Positions 20,411-29,477 of a stretch of DNA of 64,000 nt are shown here, piece by piece (positions within the stretch are counted from its first letter, which is position 1; each line of letters begins with the position of its first letter). Under the pieces are notes generated by a model. The model saw only the letters and a list, made by a program, of their open reading frames with translations, was not told the origin of the DNA and made no database searches. This DNA is from Candidatus Latescibacterota bacterium (GTDB lineage Bacteria; Latescibacterota; UBA2968). The stretch spans positions 704,001 through 768,000 of the forward strand of contig OZ220741.1 in the NCBI GenBank assembly GCA_965116885.1. Reading direction: 5' to 3'. The position numbers and the translations under genes are program-made.

Positions 20411-20442
20411 AAAAGAGCGAGTCCTTTTAGACTCGCTCTTTT
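20411..20442. terminator. Bidirectional rho-independent terminator
   Basis: AAAAGAGCGAGTC-ctttta-GACTCGCTCTTTT, a 13-bp stem between convergent genes. Confidence 0.85.
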
Positions 20443-20473
20443 CATTACAGCAATCCTTAATCAAGACAAACTC

Positions 20474-22258
20474 TCATTTTGAGCTGATCCCGTCCTTCTC
20501 CTCCACCACCCACCTGCGATAAATATAATCGCCAGCCTGACTTTCCTCAAACCTCAACAATTCCATCATCTCACTAAAAATGTCTTGTTCCGTCTTTCCC
20601 ACCGCGAGTTTCGACGCGCCAAAACGCACCTGAACGCCCGCGCCCTCAAGGGTTGGAATGTGCGTATTGATTGATGTATCACTCAACGGGTTATCCCGCA
20701 CATCAATCACATCACCATGGCTCAATCCCGTGTTTGCGACCAGAGGCGAAAGGTCTGAGATGTTGTTTTTGTCAAGCCACAGCCCTCTCAGGCTGGTCAA
20801 ACCCGATAGGGGGGTAATATCCGAGACATCGTTACTGGCAAGACCCAGTACTTCCAGATTTGTCAAACTCGATAGGGGGGTAATATCCGAGATATCGTTA
20901 CTGGCAAGACCCAACCATCTCATATTCGTCAAACTCGATAGGGGCATGAGGTCCAAGATACTGTTGTTGGAAAGACGCAGCGCTTCCAGAGTCGTCAAAT
21001 CCGATAGGGGGGTAATATCCGAGATACTGTTCTCGGAAAGACCCAGCCATTCCAGATTTGTCAAACTCAATAGGGGGGTAATATCCGAGATATCGTTACT
21101 GGCAAGACCCAGCCATTCCAGATTTGTCAAACTCGATAGGGGGGTAATATCCGAGATACTATTGCCGACAAGACTCATCGCTTCCAGACTGTCCAAACCC
21201 GATAGAGAGGTAATGTCCGAGATACTATTGCTGTCAAGCTCCAGATCTTCCAGATTCGTCAAACCCGATAGGGGGGTAATATCCGAGATACTGTTGTCGG
21301 CAAGACCCAGCACTTCCAGACTGTCCAAACCCGATAGAGGGGTAATATCCGAGATACTGTTCTCGGCAAGACCCAGCACTTTCAGACTGTCCAAACCCGA
21401 TAGGGGGGTAATATCCGAGATACTGTTGTCGGAAAGACCCAGCACTTCCAGGCTGATCAAACCCGACAGTGCAGACACTTCAGAAATATTGTTCTCAGAA
21501 AGATACAGCCCTTCCAGATTCGTCAAACTCGATAGGGGTGAAAGAGCCGAGATACTGTTGTCGGCAAGATACAGTCTTTCCAGACTGATCAAACCCGAAA
21601 GTGCAGACACTTCAGAGATACTGTTCTCAGAAAGACGCAGTATTTCCAGACTGTCCAAACCCGACAGAGGTGAAAGATCCGAAATCCTGTTCTCGGTAAG
21701 ATACAGTCTTTCCAGACTCGTCAAACCCGACAGAGGTGAAAGATCCGAAATCCTGTTGCTGTTGATATAACGACCTGCTATTCTTGCAACACCAAAATCC
21801 AGCCATGTTAGCTGGGTGGCAAACTCAAGCCCTGTCAAGTCCCTGATATTCGCATTCGGTGCCTCAAGGCGCCTCAAGGTCGCCATCTCACCCTGCGTGA
21901 TCGTCTCATCACTCCCCCTGCCGAGGCTCTTTGCAATGACCGCACGCAGGTTCGCATCTGGAATATCAACGCTTGGGGAAGACAAATCTCTGCCAAAGCT
22001 ACTAATAAAGATCAAAAAATCGGAAAATTCAATTGCACCGTCGCTATCCAGATCAAACCTGGCTTCATACTTCTCGTCGCCCTGACGTGACCCAAAATGA
22101 CTTACAAAAGCCAAAAAGTCCGAAAAACTAACCTGACCATCCCCATCAAAGTCCGGGGTAAGAGCTTGATCGCCCGCCGTACTATTCTGTGCCGAAAGAG
22201 ACAGCGGATACATCAAAAGAGCAAATGTTGATAAGATAAACAGAATCTGTTTACGCAT
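20474..22258 (-). CDS. Secreted internalin-like leucine-rich repeat protein with N-terminal EF-hand/dockerin-like pair
   Basis: Signal peptide, DFDGDGQVSFSDF and DLDSDGAIEFSDF loops, IPDANLRAVI cap, about 16 tandem 22-aa LRRs (LxxLxLxxNxISDITPLSGLT). Confidence 0.92.
   Translation of the reverse strand: MRKQILFILSTFALLMYPLSLSAQNSTAGDQALTPDFDGDGQVSFSDFLAFVSHFGSRQGDEKYEARFDLDSDGAIEFSDFLIFISSFGRDLSSPSVDIPDANLRAVIAKSLGRGSDETITQGEMATLRRLEAPNANIRDLTGLEFATQLTWLDFGVARIAGRYINSNRISDLSPLSGLTSLERLYLTENRISDLSPLSGLDSLEILRLSENSISEVSALSGLISLERLYLADNSISALSPLSSLTNLEGLYLSENNISEVSALSGLISLEVLGLSDNSISDITPLSGLDSLKVLGLAENSISDITPLSGLDSLEVLGLADNSISDITPLSGLTNLEDLELDSNSISDITSLSGLDSLEAMSLVGNSISDITPLSSLTNLEWLGLASNDISDITPLLSLTNLEWLGLSENSISDITPLSDLTTLEALRLSNNSILDLMPLSSLTNMRWLGLASNDISDITPLSSLTNLEVLGLASNDVSDITPLSGLTSLRGLWLDKNNISDLSPLVANTGLSHGDVIDVRDNPLSDTSINTHIPTLEGAGVQVRFGASKLAVGKTEQDIFSEMMELLRFEESQAGDYIYRRWVVEEKDGISSK
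20740..21770 (-). repeat. 66-bp tandem repeat array encoding the LRRs (about 16 units)
   Basis: Recurrent tcaaac(c/t)cgataggggggtaatatccgagatact... unit every 66 bp. Confidence 0.9.
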
Positions 22259-22273
22259 CGGTTTCTCCTATAT

Positions 22274-24514
22274 CTACGACAACCCCTCCACCGCCTCAAC
22301 AAGTGCCTCTGTAGTAATCCCAAAATGTGCCCAGGTCGCTTCGAGACCTTCTGACGGTGCAATCCTCGGATCTGTAATCCCCACATGCGCGTGGGCAATG
22401 TTGCACGACGAACCCACCAGGCCCGCAAACCCGCGCAAACCCGTCTCTGGCGTCCCAATTTTTCCATCTTCAATCGTCGCCACACCCTCGTAATTCCCCA
22501 ACACATCATTCAACGCCCCATCCGGCAGCGGCAATCCATTGACCACATATACATCCGTCGGATTCCCACGCGCCAGCAAAACCTCAGCAGCCTCCGCACC
22601 CAAAAAAGCCGGCGCGCCAAAAGCCAGAATCGCATGCCTTGCCCCATCGTATTTGCGAAAAGTCGTAATCGGCTCCCATTCCTCTCCCGGATTCCACAAA
22701 TGTCCCGACCCATCCTGCTTTTGCAAAACCGGCAAACCCGAATCGCGCGGCACCCCAATAATATGCCCGCCGTAATGCGCCGCCATATCCTTCACCGCCA
22801 AAAACGCCACACGCGCATCTGCCGGTGCGTAAAACCGGTGCAAATAGGGCAAATACGTCAACCCCACATTAATCCAGTCAAGCCCCCAGCCCGAAAAGTG
22901 ATCGCGCCCCGTACACGCACCCACATGAGAGAGATGAAACACCACATTAATACCCTCATTCACCCCATTCAAATTGCGCTGATACTGCCACATATCAAAC
23001 CCCTCGCGCGCAATCCCCTCAAAAAACGCGGCAAAAGTCGAAACCACATTGAGCTGCGGCTCGTGCGAACTCATCGCCAGACCATTGGCAATAAGCGTTG
23101 CCGCTTGCTCTTCAATACTCATCTCAAACTGGTGATCATCTGACAAATGTGCCCGAGCAGCCGCCAACTTTGTCGAAGGATCCAAATCGCAACTCACCAC
23201 AAACACGCGATCCGGATGCGCCTCTGCCACCAGAGCATAAGCCGCGGCTGCACCATCGCGCGGACTCGCCTTCTCAGTCGGCAACTCAGCCGCCGCTGCT
23301 ATCCCTGCCGGAATCTCCAAATTCGCACTACCGGGTGCTGGCCGCGCCCTCGTAACAACCGTGCGCGATCCATTCTGCCGGAGCTTGGCAAGCGCCCCTG
23401 CTTGTTCAGCCGTCGCCTCAAACATCGCCCCACCGAGCACCTCTGCCTCAACGCGCCCCTGCATACTCCCATCGTGATGATTCTCTCCGCCCGGCAAATC
23501 ATTCACCAAAAACAAACACTCTATCATCGGCTCTGTATCCCGGAAACTCATCAGCGACCCCGGAATCCACACCTGCTTATCCATCGGCACATCGTGTTGC
23601 GCGGCAAATGCCTCCACCGCCTCGGTTACCCCATAGCGCGCGCCAAAAGTCTTCAGCGTCACATCCTCCCCGGAAAACCCCGTGGGATAAATCAGACTCG
23701 GTCTGCCCTGCTGCGCGAGACCATACCCCTCTCGGTAAGCCTTATAAAGCGCGACATTATCGTGAAGCGACGCAACCTCCAGCACCTCCACACCCATCGC
23801 AGAAATAGCACTTCTCGGATCCACATCCATAATACTCGCCGTACTACCCGACAACTGAATGCCATTGCGGTGCATCACATAAGTAATCGGCGCCCCGTGT
23901 ACACTCGCCCCATTAAACCCATTCAGCCCCTGCCCTGAAATCCACCCCGCATCCCCGCAATGGGCAATCACCCACGCATCGTCACACAATGCCTTCTTGC
24001 CCAACGCCAGCCCCACAGCCACCGGAATCATCACCCCCAAACGCCCACCATTGAGCTGTGTTCCCCCCGGCAACCATGCCACGTGCCCGGGAAAATCCAG
24101 CCCGCGCCGAAACCGCTCGACAACGCCCTCTGCCTCCACAAAACCAAACGCCGCCAACGCCGAATAATACCCGACACTCGTATGCGCGTGCTCAATCGTA
24201 TAAGTACGCGTATCGTAATCCGACACAGACAGCGTCATCAACAACCCCGGGATCAACTCCAATCCCCCGCCCAAATGGTCCAATTCCCCAATCTCTGCCA
24301 ACGACGACAGCGACCGAATCGCCGTGCGCGCGCCCTCAATCTGCAACGCCGTCAACGCCCGGTCTTCCGCCTCGCCAAGCGACTCGGTCATCGCAATATC
24401 AATATGCAGCCCCAAAACATCGGACGCGATCTCATCCCCGAGAAATTGCGTATCCTTCAACAGCGCATCATTGCGCTCCCTTTGCCTTTCTGCCAACGCC
24501 TTCATATTCGACAT
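22274..24514 (-). CDS. Transketolase-like TPP-dependent enzyme (divergent, fused N- and C-terminal domains)
   Basis: HLGGGL, FPGH, GRLG, GDAG...N TPP motif, DLDPST, EMSIEEQ, STFAAF, H..ACTGRDH; GGGGAG RBS before 24514. Confidence 0.8.
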   Translation of the reverse strand: MSNMKALAERQRERNDALLKDTQFLGDEIASDVLGLHIDIAMTESLGEAEDRALTALQIEGARTAIRSLSSLAEIGELDHLGGGLELIPGLLMTLSVSDYDTRTYTIEHAHTSVGYYSALAAFGFVEAEGVVERFRRGLDFPGHVAWLPGGTQLNGGRLGVMIPVAVGLALGKKALCDDAWVIAHCGDAGWISGQGLNGFNGASVHGAPITYVMHRNGIQLSGSTASIMDVDPRSAISAMGVEVLEVASLHDNVALYKAYREGYGLAQQGRPSLIYPTGFSGEDVTLKTFGARYGVTEAVEAFAAQHDVPMDKQVWIPGSLMSFRDTEPMIECLFLVNDLPGGENHHDGSMQGRVEAEVLGGAMFEATAEQAGALAKLRQNGSRTVVTRARPAPGSANLEIPAGIAAAAELPTEKASPRDGAAAAYALVAEAHPDRVFVVSCDLDPSTKLAAARAHLSDDHQFEMSIEEQAATLIANGLAMSSHEPQLNVVSTFAAFFEGIAREGFDMWQYQRNLNGVNEGINVVFHLSHVGACTGRDHFSGWGLDWINVGLTYLPYLHRFYAPADARVAFLAVKDMAAHYGGHIIGVPRDSGLPVLQKQDGSGHLWNPGEEWEPITTFRKYDGARHAILAFGAPAFLGAEAAEVLLARGNPTDVYVVNGLPLPDGALNDVLGNYEGVATIEDGKIGTPETGLRGFAGLVGSSCNIAHAHVGITDPRIAPSEGLEATWAHFGITTEALVEAVEGLS

Positions 24515-24692
24515 AATCTCTCCCCAGCCAGTGATAAACAAATCGTCATACGGATTCACAATTCTAAAATAAACGTTCACCCCACAACAATCCAGAAAAA
24601 TCCCATACACAAAATTCTGGCATCCATGCCCTGTCTATATTATGTTTCAGATCAGGATGAACAGGATTCCCCGCCCCACCACCGATAGGTGC

Positions 24693-24718
24693 GGGCGACC
24701 ACAGGGGGTCGCCCCTAC
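24693..24718 (-). repeat. GTAG-type REP palindrome
   Basis: GGGCGACC-acaggg-GGTCGCCC-CTAC; the reverse complement starts GTAG. Confidence 0.8.
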
Positions 24719-24751
24719 GGGAAATCACACCTTCTACCCAAGGAGCTTACC

Positions 24752-25525
24752 ATGCCACACACCATGATCGCCGCGCAAATGTACACCGTGCGCGACTTTA
24801 CCAAAACCATCTCAGACATCGCCGAATCCGTAAAAAAAGTAAAAGCCATTGGTTACGACGCCATGCAAGTCTCCGGCTTTGGTCCCATTGACCCCACAGA
24901 ACTCAAACAAATCGCCGATGACAACGATATTGAAATCTGTGCCACACACACCGGCTTTGACCGCATGCGCGACGACACACAAGCCGTCATAGACGAACAC
25001 CTCCTCTGGAACTGCAAATACCCCGCCATCGGCAGCCTTCCCGCGTCTTATCGGGAAGACGGCGAAGCCGGATATATCCGCTTTGCCAAAGACGCTACCG
25101 AAGTCGGCCACAAACTCGCCGACGCGGGCTTGACCTTTGCGTATCACAACCACAACTTTGAATTTCAAAAATTCGGCACCCGCACCGCCCTTGAAATCAT
25201 CCTGCAAGAAACAGACCCCAAAGCAGTACAACTCGAAATCGACGTGTACTGGGTACAGGCAGGAGGTGGCGACCCCGCCGAATGGATCCGCAAAGCCAAC
25301 ACCCGCATAGACCTCGTCCACGTCAAAGACATGGCCATTGAAGGCCGCGAAACCCGCTTTGCCGAAGTCGGCGAAGGCAACCTCAACTGGCCCGCCATCT
25401 TTGAAGCCGGGCGCGAATCCGGCACGCGCTGGTACATCGTCGAACAGGACCGCTGCTACGATCGCGACCCCTTCGACAGCCTCAAAATCAGCTATGACAA
25501 CCTCCGCGCCATGGGGCTATCATAA
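24752..25525 (+). CDS. Sugar phosphate isomerase/epimerase (IolE-like TIM barrel)
   Basis: AQMYTVRD, YHNHNFEF, EIDVYW, HVKD, EVGEGNL, VEQD; AAGGAG RBS. Confidence 0.9.
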   Translation: MPHTMIAAQMYTVRDFTKTISDIAESVKKVKAIGYDAMQVSGFGPIDPTELKQIADDNDIEICATHTGFDRMRDDTQAVIDEHLLWNCKYPAIGSLPASYREDGEAGYIRFAKDATEVGHKLADAGLTFAYHNHNFEFQKFGTRTALEIILQETDPKAVQLEIDVYWVQAGGGDPAEWIRKANTRIDLVHVKDMAIEGRETRFAEVGEGNLNWPAIFEAGRESGTRWYIVEQDRCYDRDPFDSLKISYDNLRAMGLS

Positions 25526-25537
25526 TCCTTTATTTGG

Positions 25538-25623
25538 ACCTACCCCCCTAACCCCCCTTCCTAAGAGGAAGGGGGGAACTAGGTCTCCCCTCTCCGTCTC
25601 GGGGAGGGGCCGGGGGAGGGGTC
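25538..25623. repeat. Purine/pyrimidine-tract double-hairpin intergenic repeat
   Basis: Hairpins CCCCCCTTCCT-aag-AGGAAGGGGGG and CCCCTCTCCG-tct-CGGGGAGGGG inside an outer GACC..CCCCC/GGGGG..GGTC stem; related copy at 62366-62426. Confidence 0.7.
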
Positions 25624-25666
25624 AGAATTAGTTTCTAAATATTTATCTTTCACCCCGGAGTTCCCC

Positions 25667-26176
25667 ATGCCTTACACAGATCACATTGAACAGGCTAAAG
25701 ACCCCGTTACCTGCGCTGTGCTCACCATCAGCGACACGCGCACCGAAGCCGATGACAAAAGCGGCAAAATCATAAAAGAACTGGTCGAAGCCGCCGGTCA
25801 CAGCATCGCGTTTTACCGCGTGGTCAAAGACGAAGCCGACCAGATACGCGCGCTCATAAAACAAATCGCCGAAAAAGGCGAATGCCACGTCATCCTCACC
25901 AATGGCGGCACCGGCATAGCCGCGCGCGACACCACCTATGAAGCCGTCACAAGCCTGCTCGACAAACGCCTCGACGGATTTGGCGAAGTATTTCGCTTTC
26001 TCTCATGGGAAGACATCGGCTCGGGCGCCATGCTCTCGCGCGCCGTAGCTGGCGTGTACAAAGATACCATGATCTTCTGCATGCCGGGATCATCTGGCGC
26101 CGTACAACTCGCCATGGAAAAACTCATCGTACCCGAACTATCACACCTCGTATGGGAAATATGGCGACAAAAATGA
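25667..26176 (+). CDS. moaB: Molybdenum cofactor biosynthesis protein B (MogA/MoaB)
   Basis: AVLTISDTR, DKSG, TNGGTGIAARDTT, GFGEVFR, AMLSRA, MPGS. Confidence 0.93.
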   Translation: MPYTDHIEQAKDPVTCAVLTISDTRTEADDKSGKIIKELVEAAGHSIAFYRVVKDEADQIRALIKQIAEKGECHVILTNGGTGIAARDTTYEAVTSLLDKRLDGFGEVFRFLSWEDIGSGAMLSRAVAGVYKDTMIFCMPGSSGAVQLAMEKLIVPELSHLVWEIWRQK

Positions 26177-26200
26177 ACGCGGATGAAAAACCACAGGTAT

Positions 26201-26230
26201 CCGCAGATGGACGCAGATGGACGCAGATGA
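26201..26230 (+). repeat. 10-bp tandem repeat x3 ((c/a)cgcagatg(g/a))
   Basis: ccgcagatgg acgcagatgg acgcagatga; related to 50101-50130. Confidence 0.8.
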
Positions 26231-26257
26231 AAGGCGATATGTAACCAAGGAAATATT

Positions 26258-28633
26258 ATGAACAATCTCGTGAAGATACTTTTTCTTCTTTTATTCTTCT
26301 TCCAATCAGCAGACGCGAAAACGGACTGGCCGAACTGGGGCGGTCCCAACAGAGACTTCAGAGTCAACGATGCGGGCATCTTCCCCTCTGGCCAACCCTA
26401 CGCGCTGAAAATCGTCTGGAAAAAACCCCTCGGCGCGGGCTACTCACCCATCTCGATTCGCGGCGACCTCGCGGTAACCATGTATTCCGATGAAACCTTT
26501 GATTACGTCATCGGCCTCAACACAACAGATGGATCAGAACGATGGAAATACAAAATCGGCGCTGCATATCTCGGTCACTACGGCTCGCAAAGCGGTCCCC
26601 TATCAACGCCGATAGTGACAGAGGACAAAGTCATCGCATTAGGTCCCCGGGGAAAATTATTCGCACTCGATGCAAATACGGGAAAAGAACTCTGGAAGAT
26701 AGACCTCGTCGCAGCCCATCGTGCAACAGTGCCATTTTGGGGCTTTACATCATCCCCAATTTTACACGACAATCGCCTGATCGTTCAAACGGGAGGAACA
26801 CATGCAGTCTCCGCTTATAATCCCGCATCTGGCGATTTGATCTGGTCGGCATTTAGCGACTCGGTCAACTACCAATCGCCAGGTCTGTACGCCTTTGACA
26901 ACCGCAAACACCTCGTCTTCTTTGGCAACAAATATCTCGCGGGCTTATCTCCCGAAACCGGCGAAATTCTGTGGCAATTTGCACATCGCGGGCAGACCGG
27001 CGCGGGGCATACCAGCGGACATCCCGTCGAGATTGGCGAAGGGCGATATTTTGTAAAAAACGGCGGCATACTAATCGGCTTGAGAGCCAATAACGAAACC
27101 TTTGCCGCAGAGGAAATCTGGCGGACGCGCCACATTCGGGGAACGTATAGCTATGCGGTATTTAACGCAGAATTTCTATTCGGTTATAACGGCCGCATAC
27201 TCACATGCATCGATGCAAACACCGGAGAACGCTTATGGCGATCGCGCGAGCCAGGAGATGGCTTCCCCCTCATCGTGGATAACCACCTCGTAATCATGAC
27301 AAAAGAAGGCAACCTCGCCGTCGCGCAGGCTTCGGGTGAGGGATACCGCGAAACAGCCCGCCTGAAACTCTTCGACGAAATTTCCTGGACGCATGCCAGC
27401 CTTGCCAATGGCAGGTTTTACGCGCGCAGCATGTCGGAAATCGCCTGTATCGAAGTCGTCCCAGAAACGCAAATAGCAGAATCGGACACAGAAGATATCG
27501 CGCCAAACTCGCGCTTTGCACAATTTGTCGAAAAAGTAAAACAATCCCCAAACAAAAAAACGCTGATCGATCAGTTTATGGCCCAACAGAAAAACTTCCC
27601 AATCCTCGAAGGCGAGAACCTCGTGCATTTTGTATATCGCGGAAAAGCGGAAGACGTCACCATAACCGGCGATCACGTAGGGCGGCGATACGACCACCCC
27701 ATGCACCGAATTGAGGGAACGGACTTCTTCTATTCCACGGCACAACTCGAACCCGACGCCCGCATCACCTATCGCTACACCCTGGACTTACAGCGATCCA
27801 TCCCCGACCCGCTCAACCCGCGACAGATACGAACCCTCTTCTTTGGCCGCGCATCCTATTTCGGCATGCCGCGCTGGCGTGCGCCCGACCATCTCAAAGC
27901 GCAACCAGATGGCATTCACGGCAAAATTGACACCATACATTTTGAAAGTGCGGAAATTGGCGGACAGCGCAAAATGGAAATCTATCTCCCACCGGGTTAT
28001 CATGAAAGCAACGAACAATACCCCGTCGTATATGTTCACGCCGCGCGCCGGCAGTGGTCCCTGGGAAAAATGAACATCTCGCTGGACAATATCATCGGCA
28101 AGCGCGTGCGCCCTGTAATTGCGGTCTTTGTCCCCTCTCTCTTCAGAGGTGGATACGCAGAGTACGTAGGGGCAAACCGCAATGCGTACAATCGCATTTT
28201 TACAAATGAGATTGTGCCCTACATAGACCAGACATATCGCACGATCAAAAACCGCGAAGGTCGGGCAAATATCGGGACAATTTACGGCGGATTTATGGCC
28301 TTTTACGCCACCTTTACACATCCCGACATATTTGGCAAAATAGGCATACAATCCCTATCCTGGGATCAGACCGCAGAGGCCAAAGATGCAGACCTGGTCT
28401 TTCAGGCAACAAAACAAATGCCCATAGATATCTATCTGGACTGGGGAAAATACGACTTGCGAAGCCCAATGGAGGGAAATGATCTGGGCAAGAGCACGGC
28501 GTCATTTGCCCAACTACTAAAAAAGAGAGGTTATATCTTTACCGGAGGCGAAGTAAACGACGGCGCGGGGTGGGCGAGTTGGCAAAACCGAACGGACAAA
28601 ATATTTGAAACGCTTTTTCCCCTCTCGGATTGA
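26258..28633 (+). CDS. Secreted PQQ-like beta-propeller fused to an enterobactin-esterase-like alpha/beta domain lacking catalytic residues
   Basis: Signal peptide, DWPNWGGPNRD, repeated LDANTGKELW motifs, then PDPLNP, IYLPPGY, YPVVY, IVPYIDQTYRT, GTIYGG in place of GxSxGG. Confidence 0.85.
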   Translation: MNNLVKILFLLLFFFQSADAKTDWPNWGGPNRDFRVNDAGIFPSGQPYALKIVWKKPLGAGYSPISIRGDLAVTMYSDETFDYVIGLNTTDGSERWKYKIGAAYLGHYGSQSGPLSTPIVTEDKVIALGPRGKLFALDANTGKELWKIDLVAAHRATVPFWGFTSSPILHDNRLIVQTGGTHAVSAYNPASGDLIWSAFSDSVNYQSPGLYAFDNRKHLVFFGNKYLAGLSPETGEILWQFAHRGQTGAGHTSGHPVEIGEGRYFVKNGGILIGLRANNETFAAEEIWRTRHIRGTYSYAVFNAEFLFGYNGRILTCIDANTGERLWRSREPGDGFPLIVDNHLVIMTKEGNLAVAQASGEGYRETARLKLFDEISWTHASLANGRFYARSMSEIACIEVVPETQIAESDTEDIAPNSRFAQFVEKVKQSPNKKTLIDQFMAQQKNFPILEGENLVHFVYRGKAEDVTITGDHVGRRYDHPMHRIEGTDFFYSTAQLEPDARITYRYTLDLQRSIPDPLNPRQIRTLFFGRASYFGMPRWRAPDHLKAQPDGIHGKIDTIHFESAEIGGQRKMEIYLPPGYHESNEQYPVVYVHAARRQWSLGKMNISLDNIIGKRVRPVIAVFVPSLFRGGYAEYVGANRNAYNRIFTNEIVPYIDQTYRTIKNREGRANIGTIYGGFMAFYATFTHPDIFGKIGIQSLSWDQTAEAKDADLVFQATKQMPIDIYLDWGKYDLRSPMEGNDLGKSTASFAQLLKKRGYIFTGGEVNDGAGWASWQNRTDKIFETLFPLSD

Positions 28634-28634
28634 T

Positions 28635-29369
28635 TCAGTTTCCCCGCTTCCCGCTTCTTTCTCTCTCAGGTGATCTCGATGGAGGACCACCGCGGTCATC
28701 CGCAGCGCGACTCCTGCGTCTATTGCGCCGCTTTATCTCTTCCAACTCTGCGTTAATGGCTTTCTGAATTTCAACGCGAGAGGCACCATCGGCAATTAGT
28801 TTGTCGATTTTCTTTTGGAGATCAGACATCTCGCCTTCTGTCAACCGAGAACCAGAGTAATCCGGTCTCTGCCCCTCCCAATTAATCCCCATAACAGCCA
28901 ACTCGTCGCGTATCTCTCTGTAAATCCTGTGATAGGTCGCACCATTCGCTTTTAGAGCCTCGGCCTTTTTGCGAAGTGCAGACATCTGATCTTCTGTCAA
29001 CACCGCACTTAATCGCGTCAAAAATGTTTCTGTTAAATCTACGCCAAAACCCTCGAGTTCGGCAAAAATCGCCCTTCTAATCTCAGGGAGTTCTGCCCCA
29101 CCCTCGAGCAATTCATTGATCCTCGCCTGCAAAGCCGTCCGCTGCGCTTCCGTCAATTGCGCCGAAAGCACCCACAACAGCGCACTTCCCCGAGATCGCT
29201 GACTTAGACGATGGCGGAAGGTCACGCGATCATCGATACCATCGCCATCCTCATCGACAAAAGCCGGTGGCGACGCCTCCTGCTTTTTTTGCTCCTGAGC
29301 AACTGAATCGCACCAGAGCATTGCAGTCATCAAAAGTATTGCGATTAAACACCGTTTCATATCCGCCAT
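28635..29369 (-). CDS. Secreted helical protein with three LTxxQ/E repeats (Spy/CpxP-like) and an acidic Ca-binding-like loop
   Basis: Signal peptide MKRCLIAILL, FVDEDGDGIDD, repeats LTEAQ.., LTEDQ.., LTEGE..; directly downstream of the histidine kinase. Confidence 0.7.
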   Translation of the reverse strand: MADMKRCLIAILLMTAMLWCDSVAQEQKKQEASPPAFVDEDGDGIDDRVTFRHRLSQRSRGSALLWVLSAQLTEAQRTALQARINELLEGGAELPEIRRAIFAELEGFGVDLTETFLTRLSAVLTEDQMSALRKKAEALKANGATYHRIYREIRDELAVMGINWEGQRPDYSGSRLTEGEMSDLQKKIDKLIADGASRVEIQKAINAELEEIKRRNRRRSRAADDRGGPPSRSPERERSGKRGN

Positions 29370-29401
29370 TTCCTGAAAATGCCAATTGTGGTCGCATCGC
29401 A

Positions 29402-29475
29402 GGACAACCACAGGGGGTTGTCCCTACGTATAATAATCCTGTGTTATTGTAGGGGCGGTGCCCCTGTGTCCGCCC
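29402..29475. repeat. Inverted pair of GTAG-type REP palindromes (REPIN-like)
   Basis: GGACAACC-acaggg-GGTTGTCC-CTAC (29402-29427) and GTAG-GGGCGG-tgcccctgtgt-CCGCCC (29449-29475). Confidence 0.8.
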
Positions 29476-29477
29476 TT

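Noticed and set aside
20658..21770. 370-aa plus-strand repetitive ORF
   Set aside because: Antisense shadow of the LRR repeat array; the minus-strand frame has the signal peptide and LRR consensus
20740..21770. Diversity-generating retroelement acting on the LRR repeats
   Set aside because: No reverse transcriptase in the window, and differences between repeats are not confined to adenines
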